This document shows positions 53,301 through 64,000 of a DNA stretch of 64,000 nucleotides, in pieces. The position numbers and the translations under genes were made by a program. Source of the DNA: Amphiscolops sp. MND2022. Lineage: Eukaryota. The notes below the pieces were generated by a model. It saw nothing but the letters and a program-made list of their open reading frames with translations. It ran no database searches and was not told where the DNA came from. Each line of letters begins with the position of its first letter. The stretch's first letter is position 1. The stretch covers positions 46,874,001 to 46,938,000 of the forward strand of contig OZ076409.1 in assembly GCA_964187785.1 (NCBI GenBank), given 5' to 3'.

Positions 53301-56300
53301 CGCTAGTGAGAAATTTAAGGAAAAACAATTTTGTGCAAATTACAATGGACGCAAAGTTTGATGTAGAAGGACTATACGTGCTTTGCATAAATATGGCGCT
53401 ACCTGAAACGGATGCTGCTCGTCAGAAAACAATTCTTACCAATTTTTAGTCGGCGCTTCATGGAGTGAAACGCGACTATTAAAGTGACTTTTTCCATCCA
53501 CACGAACTGACCAAAATAGTTCTTAAAAGTTCTACAAAATATTATTGCACCAAATTGCACCATTTGGCCTGGCGAACTGAACCAAAAAAGTTTTTCCTGT
53601 TTTTCCGTGTAACATACCATACCGGACGAAACCAAAGGGTCCCCCCTTTCAATTTTTTTGGCACTGCGAGACTTTTTTCGGAAATTTTTTTCCCAAAGGG
53701 TCCCCCTTCAATTTTTTTGCTGTTTTGCGTCAGAATGGATGTTGGAAAATCCCAAAAGGTCCCGCCTTTCAGTTTTTTCGGCACTGAGATTTTTTTCCGA
53801 AAATTTGTTTTTTCTCCAAAGGGTCCCCCCTTGAACTGCGACAAAAATGTTGACAATTTCGGAAATGTCCCCCTTTTAGCGCGCCACTCGGTCCATTTTT
53901 TCTGTTTTTTCGATTTTCGAGTACTGTAAATTGACTCTTGGAAGTCCTTTCGCTATTTTTGAGCCTTTGATATGGCGCCGACTTGGGCCGGTACCGGCTT
54001 GTTTGAAAAAAAAAAACAGCCGCTCAACTGATTATGACGGCATTAAAAGAATACGAAGTTTTTTTTTGAAATGGGATTTTCAAGTGACAGCCCTTTCTAT
54101 ATGGTTTGCTGTTTCGCCAAAGTTCTGCATTCTATATTCGAAATCTGTGGTCAACTCCGACGCCTTACGCACATGAACCTGGTCATCTAATTTCTTCATA
54201 GGAATTTTGAAAAGGCCGTAGAGTGGTGCAAAATATACGCCAATTTAGTTCAAGGTTTGTGCCAGTTGACTATTTTTGGAGGACTTGAAGACCTCAATCC
54301 GAATTGGTCGAGTACACACGTCGAGCAGGAAAATTTGTTGCAATAATTACAGCAGAGAACCAGAACGAAGTAGCGGCAATCGAAACAAGACGGGAACGTC
54401 TCAAGTCGGCGCTATATCTAAGGCTCAAAAAGCGCAAAACTTTTTGGAAAAAGTTTGAAATTTTCGAAAAAAGATTCTTTCGGAAAATGTCGCACAGTGT
54501 GGAAAAATGTAAAAGGGGGACCCTTTTTGATTTATAAACACGCATTCTGCAGCAAAATGACAAAAAACTCAAAGGGGGGACCCTTTGGGGACATTAAAAA
54601 AATTTCGAAAAAAAGTCGCACAGTGCCGAAAAAAAATCGAAAGCCCTTTAGTCCCGTCCAGGCTTGTAGGTAACAATTAAAAAGTAAATGAATGCGCTCC
54701 CCGTTTGCCTTTAGCGGTCCAGTAGTCTAGTACTTTATTTAGTAGTTGAACGTTAATTTTAACGTTCGTCGCTTCGAGTCTGTCTTAAGTAAAAAAAAAC
54801 GAGTGACTGTAATAGTCGGGCTCTTTTCTTAAGAAAAGCGCCGACTAAAAATACAAGGTGTCAAAGACTTCTGGTAGTCCAGCGCAATTCCTTTGTTGCA
54901 TATGTCGGCTATTATGAAGAAGTATGGCTACTTAGTTGGGTCGTCGGCCGGCGTCGAGAGAACAATCTACTACAACAATATTCAGACCGACTACTTCTCG
55001 GGGTAGAGAATCTTTTGTTTCTGCATTTCAACGCTGGAAAATTGTAACTCTAATCTTTTCCCTTCATATTCCATTTTGATATACAATTTTTTCAAAAAAA
55101 AGTAGCGAGAAATGAGCGTGTATTCAGACTTTGTGCGTGAAAATTGCCGTAAAATGTGGCGTAAAAATCGACGGTAAAATTCCGTGAAATCGCACGAGCC
55201 TGTTCGAAACATCACTCTACATGACACGTGAGAGAAGGCGAGCAAAAATACTGAAAAAAAATCCTCAGAAATAATCAAAGTTGTGTTGGTTAGATTCGAA
55301 TCCCGGACACTAAATGCCACTAAATGTAAATACTAAATGCCTCAAAGTTTGACAGTCCAATCATGGGACAGCGATGAACTGGTTGATAAACAAAAACTAA
55401 TCAGTATTGTTTGTAAATTAGACAAAAATTTAAAACTTGGTTTGCAAACCAAATATTACGTAGAGAGGCATTGGAAACTAATTTCCCCATTATTTGTCAG
55501 AGAAGTTTTCATACAAACACGAATGTTAACTAGATTAAATTCCGAGAAACTTTTATCAAAGGCATTTCTTTTGAATATCAATAGTTTCCGAGAAATTGGG
55601 CAGAAAACTTAGGTATTCTAAACGTTATTATAAATCAGGGGTTCCATTCTTTTATCACAGGACTGTACATCTCAAATGCCCAAGAAAACTTTAGAATGTT
55701 TGTTTATCCGATTTTCAAATAACTTGGAAGATAGCAGAAATCAGAGCCAGTTTTGTTTTGGTCCAATTCTTTTTTTTACAAACAACGGTCCAGTTTATTT
55801 CTTACACCATTGCACCTGATGTATACGCTAGTGAGAAATTTAAGGAAAAACAAATTTGTGCAAATTACAATGGACGCAAAGTTTGATGTAGAAGGACTAT
55901 ACGTGCTTTGCATAAATATGGCGCTACCTGAAACGGATGCTGCTCGTCAGAAAACAATTCTTACCAATTTTTAGTCGGCGCTTCATGGAGTGAAACGCGA
56001 CTATTAAAGTGACTTTTTTCCATCCACACGAACTGACCAAAATAGTTCTTAAAAGTTCTACAAAATATTATTGCACCAAATTGCACCATTTGGCCTAGCG
56101 AACTGAACCAAAAAAGTTTTTCCTGTTTTTCCGTGTAACATACCATACCGGACGAGACCAAAGGGTCCCCCCTTTCAATTTTTTTGGCACTGCGAGACTT
56201 TTTTCGGAAATTTTTTCCCAAAGGGTCCCCCTTCAATTTTTTTGCTGTTTTGCGTCAGAATGGATGTTGGAAAATCCCAAAAGGTCCCGCCTTTCAGTTT

Positions 56301-59300
56301 TTTCGGCACTGAGATTTTTTTCCGAAAATTTGTTTTTTCTCCAAAGGGTCCCCCCTTGAACTGCGACAAAAATGTTGACAATTTCGGAAGTGTCCCCCTT
56401 TTAGCGCGCCACTCGGTCCATTTTTTCTGTTTTTTCGATTTTCGAGTACTGTAAATTGACTCTTGGAAGTCCTTTCGCTATTTTTGAGCCTTTGATATGG
56501 CGCCGACTTGGGCCGGTACCGGCTTGTTTGAAAAAAAACAGCCGCTCAACTGATTATGACGGCATTAAGTGAATACGAAGTTTTTTTTGAAATGGGATTT
56601 TCAAGTGACAGCCCTTTCTATATGGTTTGCTGTTTCGCCAAAGTTCTGCATTCTATATTCGAAATCTGTGGTCAACTCCGACGCTTTACGCACATGAACC
56701 TGGTCATCTAATTTCTTCATAGGAATTTTGAAAAGGCCGTAGAGTGGTGCAAAATATACGCCAATTTAGTTCAAGGTTTGTGCCAGTTGACTATTTTTGG
56801 AGGACTTGAATACCTCAATCCGAATTGGTCGAGTACACACGTCGAGCAGGAAAATTTGTTGCAATAATTACAGCAGAGAACCAGAACGAAGTAGCGGCAA
56901 TCGAAACAAGACGGGAACGTCTCAAGTCGGCGCTATATCTAAGGCTCAAAAAGCGCAAAACATTTTTTTGGAAAAAGTTTGAAATTTTCGAAAAAAAATT
57001 CTTTCGGAAAATGTCGCACAGTGCCGAAAAATGTAAAAGGGGGACCCTTTTTGATTTATAAACACGCATTCTGCAGCAAAATGACAAAAAACTCAAAGGG
57101 GGGACCCTTTGGGGACATTAAAAAAACTTCGAAAAAAAGTCGCACAGTGCCGAAAAAAAAATCGAAAGGCCTTTAGTCCCGTCCGGGCTTGTAGGTAACG
57201 TTTAAAAAGTAAATGAATGCGCTCCCCGTTTGCCTTTAGCGGTCCAGTAGTCTAGTACTTTATTTAGTAGTTGAACGTTAATTTTAACGTTCGTCGCTTC
57301 GAGTCTGTCTTAAATAAAAAAACGAGTGACTGTAATAGTCGGGCTCTTTTCTTAAGAAAAGCGCCGACTAAAAATACAAGGTGTCAAAGACTTCTGGTAG
57401 TCCAGCGCAATTCCTTTGTTGCATATGTCGGCTATTATGAAGAAGTATGGCTACTTAGTTGGGTCGTCGGCCGGCGTCGAGAGAACAATCTACTACAACA
57501 ATATTCAGACCGACTACTTCTCGGGGTAGAGAATCTTTTGTTTCTGCATTTCAACGCTGGAAAATTGTAACTCTAATCTTTTTCCTTCATATTCCATTTT
57601 GATATACAATTTTTTCAAAAAAAGTAGCGAGAAATGAGCGTGTATTCAGACTTTGTGCGTGAAAATTGCCGTAAAATGTGGCGTAAAAATCGACGGTAAA
57701 ATTCCGTGAAATCGCACGAGCCTGTTCGAAACATCACTCTACATGACACGTGAGAGAAGGCGAGCAAAAATGCTGAAAAAAAAATCCTCAGAAATAATCA
57801 AAGTTGTGTTGGTTAGATTCGAATCCCGGACACTAAATGCCACTAAATGTAAATACTAAATGCCTCAAAGTTTGACAGTCCAATCATGGGACAGCGATGA
57901 ACTGGTTGATAAACAAAAACTAATCAGTATTGTTTGTAAATTAGACAAAAATTTAAAACTTGGTTTGCAAACCAAATATTACGTAGAGAGGCATTGGAAA
58001 CTAATTTCCCCATTATTTGTCAGAGAAGTTTTCATACAAACACGAATGTTAACTAGATTAAATTCCGAGAAACTTTTATCAAAGGCATTTCTTTTGAATA
58101 TCAATAGTTTCCGAGAAATTGGGCAGAAAACTTAGGTATTCTAAACGTTATTATAAATCAGGGGTTCCATTCTTTTATCACAGGACTGTACATCTCAAAT
58201 GCCCAAGAAAACTTTAGAATGTTTGTTTATCCGATTTTCAAATAACTTGGAAGATAGCAGAAATCAGAGCCAGTTTTGTTTTGGTCCAATTCTTTTTTTT
58301 ACAAACAACGGTTCAGTTTATTTCTTACACCATTGTACCTGATGTATACGCTAGTGAGAAATTTAAGGAAAAACAAATTTGTGCAAATTACAATGGACGC
58401 AAAGTTTGATGTAGAAGGACTATACGTGCTTTGCATAAATATGGCGCTACCTGAAACGGATGCTGCTCGTCAGAAAACAATTCTTACCAATTTTTAGTCG
58501 GCGCTTCATGGAGTGAAACGCGACTATTAAAGTGACTTTTTTCCATCCACACGAACTGACCAAAATAGTTCTTAAAAGTTCTACAAAATATTATTGCACC
58601 AAATTGCACCTTTTGGCCTAGCGAACAGAACCAAAAAAGTTTTTCCTGTTTTTCCGTGTAACATACCATACCGGACGAGACCAAAGGGTCCCCCCTTTCA
58701 ATTTTTTTGGCACTGCGAGACTTTTTTCGGAAATTTTTTTCCCAAAGGGTCCCCCTTCAATTTTTTTGCTGTTTTGCGTCAGAATGGATGTTGGAAAATC
58801 CCAAAAGGTCCCGCCTTTCAGTTTTTTCGGCACTGAGATTTTTTTCCGAAAATTTGTTTTTTCTCCAAAGGGTCCCCCCTTCAACTGCGACAAAAATGTT
58901 GATAATTTCGGAAGTGTCCCCCTTTTAGCGCGCCACTCGGTTCATTTTTTCTGTTTTTTCGATTTTCGAGTACTGTAAACTGACTCTTGGAAGTCCTTTC
59001 GCTATTTTTGAGCCTTTGATATGGCGCCGACTTGGGCCGGTACCGGCTTGTTTGAAAAAAAAACAGCCGCTCAACTGATTATGACGGCATTAAGTGAATA
59101 CGAAGTTTTTCTTGAAATGGGATTTTCAAGTGACAGCCCTTTCTATATGGTTTGCTGTTTCGCCAAAGTTCTGCATTCTATATTCGAAATCTGTGGTCAA
59201 CTCCGACGCCTTACGCACATGAACCTGGTCATCTAATTTCTTCATAGGAATTTTGAAAAGGCCGTAGAGTGGTGCAAAATATACGCCAATTTAGTTCAAG

Positions 59301-62300
59301 GTTTGTGCCAGTTGACTATTTTTGGACTTGAATACCTCAATCCGAATTGGTCGAGTACAGACGTCGAGCAGGAAAATTTGTTGCAATAATTACAGCAGAG
59401 AACCAGAACGAAGTAGCGGCAATCGAAACAAGACCGGAACGTCTCAAGTCGGCGCTATATCTAAGGCTCAAAAAGCGCAAAACATTTTTTTGGAAAGTTT
59501 GAAATTTTCGAAAAAAAAATTCTTTCGGAAAATGTCGCACAGTGCCGAAAAATGTAAAAGGAGGACCCTTTTTGATTTATAAACACGCATTCTGCAGCAA
59601 AATGACAAAAAACTCAAAGGGGGGACCCTTTGGGGACATTAAAAAAATTTCGAAAAAAAGTCGCACAGTGCCGAAAAAAAATGAAAGCCCTTTAGTCCCG
59701 TCCGGGCTTGTAGGTAACGTTTAAAAAGTAAATGAATGCGCTCCCCGTTTGCCTTTAGCGGTCCAGTAGTCTAGTACTTTATTTAGTAGTTGAACGTTAA
59801 TTTTAACGTTCGTCGCTTCGAGTCTGTCTTAAATAAAAAAAAAACGAGTGACTGTAATAGTCGGGCTCTTTTCTTAAGAAAAGCGCCGACTAAAAATACA
59901 AGGTGTCAAAGACTTCTGGTAGTCCAGCGCAATTCCTTTGTTGCATATGTCGGCTATTATGAAGAAGTATGGCTACTTAGTTGGGTCGTCGGCCGGCGTC
60001 GAGAGAACAATCTACTACAACAATATTCAGACAAACTACTTCTCGGGGTAGAGAATCTTTTGTTTCTGCATTTCAACGCTGGAAAATTGTAATTCTAACC
60101 TTTTCCCTTCATATTCCATTTTGATATACAATTTTTTCAAAAAAAGTAGCGAGAAATGAGCGTGTATTCAGACTTTGTGCGTGAAAATTGCCGTAAAATG
60201 TGGCGTAAAAATCGACGGTAAAATTCCGTGAAATCGCACGAGCCTGTTCGAAACATCACTCTACATGACACGTGAGAGAAGGCGAGCAAAAATACTGAAA
60301 AAAATCCTCAGAAATAATCAAAGTTGTGTTGGTTAGATTCGAATCCCGGACACTAAATGCCACTAAATGTAAATACTAAATGCCTCAAAGTTTGACAGTC
60401 CAATCATGGGACAGCGATGAACTGGTTGATAAACAAAAACTAATCAGTATTGTTTGTAAATTAGACAAAAATTTAAAACTTGGTTTGCAAACCAAATATT
60501 ACGTAGAGAGGCATTGGAAACTAATTTCCCCATTATTTGTCAGAGAAGTTTTCATACAAACACGAATGTTAACTAGATTAAATTCCGAGAAACTTTTATC
60601 AAAGGCATTTCTTTTGAATATCAATAGTTTCCGAGAAATTGGGCAGAAAACTTAGGTATTCTAAACGTTATTATAAATCAGGGGTTCCATTCTTTTATCA
60701 CAGGACTGTACATCTCAAATGCCCAAGAAAACTTTAGAATGTTTGTTTATCCGATTTTCAAATAACTTGGAAGATAGCAGAAATCAGAGCCAGTTTTGTT
60801 TTGTTCCAATTCATTTTTTTTTTACAAACAACGGTTCAGTTTATTTCTTACACCATTGTACCTGATGTATACGCTAGTGAGAAATTTAAGGAAAAACAAA
60901 TTTGTGCAAATTACAATGGACGCAAAGTTTGATGTAGAAGGACTATACGTGCTTTGCATAAATATGGCGCTACCTGAAACGGATGCTGCTCGTCAGAAAA
61001 CAATTCTTACCAATTTTTAGTCGGCGCTTCATGGAGTGAAACGCGACTATTAAAGTGACTTTTTTCCATCCACACGAACTGACCAAAATAGTTCTTAAAA
61101 GTTCTACAAAATATTATTGCACCAAATTGCACCATTTGGCCTAGCGAACAGAACCAAAAAAGTTTTTCCTGTTTTTCCGTGTAACATACCATACCGGACG
61201 AGACCAAAGGGACCCCCTTTCAATTTTTTTGGCACTGCGAGACTTTTTCGGAAATTTTTTTCCCAAAGGGCCCCCCTTCAATTTTTTTGCTGTTTTGCGT
61301 CAGAATGGATGTTGGAAAATCCCAAAAGGTCCCGCCTTTCAGTTTTTTCGGCACTGAGATTTTTTTCCGAAAATTTGTTTTTTCTCCAAAGGGTCCCCCC
61401 TTCAACTGCGACAAAAATGTTGACAATTTCGGAAGTGTCCCCCTTTTAGCGCGCCACTCGGTCCATTTTTTCTGTTTTTTTCGATTTTCGAGTACTGTAA
61501 ATTGACTCTTGGAAGTCCTTTCGCTATTTTTGAGCCTTTGATATGGCGCCGACTTGGGCCGGTACCGGCTTGTTTGAAAAAAAAACAGCCGCTCAACTGA
61601 TTATGACGGCATCAAGTGAATACGAAGTTTTTTTTTGAAATGGGATTTCCAAGTGACAGCCCTTTCTATATGGTTTGCTGTTTCGCCAAAGTTCTGCATT
61701 CTATATTCGAAATCTGTGGTCAACTCCGACGCCTTACGCACATGAACCTGGTCATCTAATTTCTTCATAGGAATTTTGAAAAGGCCGTAGAGTGGTGCAA
61801 AATATACGCCAATTTATTTCAAGGTTTGTGCCAGTTGACTATTTTTGGAGGACTTGAATACCTCAATCCGAATTGGTCGAGTACAGACGTCGAGCAGGAA
61901 AATTTGTTGCAATAATTACAGCAGAGAACCAGAACGAAGTAGCGGCAATCGAAACAAGACGGGAACGTCTCAAGTCGGCGCTATATCTAAGGCTCAAAAA
62001 GCGCAAAACTTTTTGGAAAAAGTTTGAAATTTTCGAAAAAAATTCTTTCGGAAAATGTCGCACAGTGCCGAAAAATGTAAAAGGAGGACCCTTTTTGATT
62101 TATAAACACGCATTCTGCAGCAAAATGACAAAAAACTCAAAGGGGGGACCCTTTAGGGACATTAAAAAAATTTCGAAAAAAGTCGCACAGTGCCGAAAAA
62201 AAATCGAAAGCCCTTTAGTCCCGTCCGGGCTTGTAGGTAACGTTTAAAAAGTAAATGAATGCGCTCCCCGTTTGCCTTTAGCGGTCCAGTAGTCTAGTAC

Positions 62301-64000
62301 TTTATTTAGTAGTTGAACGTTAATTTTAACGTTCGTCGCTTCGAGTCTGTCTTAAATAAAAAAAAACGAGTGACTGTAATAGTCGGGCTCTTTTCTTAAG
62401 AAAAGCGCCGACTAAAAATACAAGGTGTCAAAGACTTCTGGTAGTCCAGCGCAATTCCTTTGTTGCATATGTCGGCTATTATGAAGAAGTATGGCTACTT
62501 AGTTGGGTCGTCGGCCGGCGTCGAGAGAACAATCTACTACAACAATATTCAGACAGACTATTTCTCGGGGTAGAGAATCTTTTGTTTCTGCATTTCAACG
62601 CTGGAAAATTGTAATTCTAATCTTTTCCCTTCATATTCCATTTTGATATACAATTTTTTCAAAAAAAGTAGCGAGAAATGAGCGTGTATTCAGACTTTGT
62701 GCGTGAAAATTGCCGTAAAATGTGGCGTAAAAATCGACGGTAAAATTCCGTGAAATCGCACGAGCCTGTTCGAAACATCACTCTACATGACACGTGAGAG
62801 AAGGCGAGCAAAAATACTGAAAAAAAATCCTCAGAAATAATCAAAGTTGTGTTGGTTAGATTCGAATCCCGGACACTAAATGCCACTAAATGTAAATACT
62901 AAATGCCTCAAAGTTTGACAGTCCAATCATGGGACAGCGATGAACTGGTTGATAAACAAAATATAATCAGTATTGTTTGTAAATTAGACAAAAATTTAAA
63001 ACTTGGTTTGCAAACCAAATATTACGTAGAGAGGCATTGGAAACTAATTTCACCATTATTTGTCAGAGAAGTTTTCATACAAACACGAATGTTAACTAGA
63101 TTAAATTCCGAGAAACTTTTATCAAAGGCATTTCTTTTGAATATCAATAATTTCCGAGAAAATGGGCAGAAAACTTAGGTATTCTAAACGTTATTATAAA
63201 TCAGGGGTTCCATTCTTTTATCACAGGACTGTACATCTCAAATGCCCAAGAAAACTTTAGAATGTTTGTTTATCCGATTTTCAAATAACTTGGAAGATAG
63301 CAGAAATCAGAGCCAGTTTTGTTTTGGTCCAATTCTTTTTTTTACAAACAACGGTTCAGTTTATTTCTTACACCATTGTACCTGATGTATACGCTAGTGA
63401 GAAATTTAAGGAAAAACAAATTTGTGCAAATTACAATGGACGCAAAGTTTGATGTAGAAGGACTATACGTGCTTTGCATAAATATGGCGCTACCTGAAAC
63501 GGATGCTGCTCGTCAGAAAACAATTCTTACCAATTTTTAGTCGGCGCTTCATGGAGTGAAACGCGACTATTAAAGTGACTTTTTTCCATCCACACGAACT
63601 GACCAAAATAGTTCTTAAAAGTTCTACAAAATATTATTGCACCAAATTGCACCATTTGGCCTAGCGAACAGAACCAAAAAAGTTTTTCCTGTTTTTCCGT
63701 GTAACATACCATACCGGACGAGACCAAAGGGTCCCCCCTTTCAATTTTTTTGGCACTGCGAGACTTTTTTCGGAAATTTTTTTCCCAAAGGGCCCCCCTT
63801 CAATTTTTTTGCTGTTTTGCGTCAGAATGGATGTTGGAAAATCCCAAAAGGTCCCGCCTTTCAGTTTTTTCGGCACTGAGATTTTTTTCCGAAAATTTGT
63901 TTTTTCTCCAAAGGGTCCCCCCTCAACTGCGACAAAAATGTTGACAATTTCGGAAGTGTCCCCCTTTTAGCGCGCCACTCGGTCCATTTTTTCTGTTTTT

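Larger units (their letters stand above)
45262..64000. repeat. Macrosatellite with a ~2.52-kb unit; 7 full copies plus a partial one, continuing past the window
   Basis: Marker ORF starts at 45275, 47786, 50304, 52812, 55337, 57860, 60380 and 62903 (periods 2508-2525). Confidence 0.98.

Noticed and set aside
45275..63540. Recurrent ORFs in the array (MPQSLTVQ.., MAFSVRDS.., KGGPF-rich frames) as a tandem gene family
   Set aside because: They lie in MITE or HINE-like DNA, many shift frame with homopolymer indels, and none has a recognisable domain; identity reflects recent amplification.

Overview
AT-rich, repeat-dense eukaryotic (metazoan-type) genomic DNA with spliceosomal introns. Host genes: a multi-exon EF-hand-containing gene (+, best-supported exons 9048-11259), a convergent G-protein gamma subunit gene with a single coding exon (-, 12066-12296), and the last two coding exons of a PPM1A/B-type PP2C phosphatase (-, 37178-38393), whose upstream exons I cannot find in the window. 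The rest is mostly mobile DNA. It includes a FLYWCH/MULE (Phantom-like) element with tandem-repeat TIRs and an 8-bp TSD, and an abundant family of non-autonomous Helentron/Helitron2-type (HINE-like) elements with asymmetric inverted repeats and a covarying terminal hairpin. It also includes decayed CR1/L2-type LINE fragments, three TA-flanked Tc1/mariner-type MITEs, a hAT MITE, a hAT nested inside another hAT, and a CGGBP1-like transposase relic. Large-scale structure: a 3255-bp apparently exact tandem duplication (13915-20424), a ~1.05-kb direct repeat bracketing the PP2C 3' exons, and a ~2.52-kb-unit macrosatellite (7 full units plus a partial one, 45262 to window end) built from transposon pieces. 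All calls are from reading the sequence by eye; no alignments or database searches were run. I found no clearly new biological system; the best candidates are the HINE-like family and the transposon-built macrosatellite.
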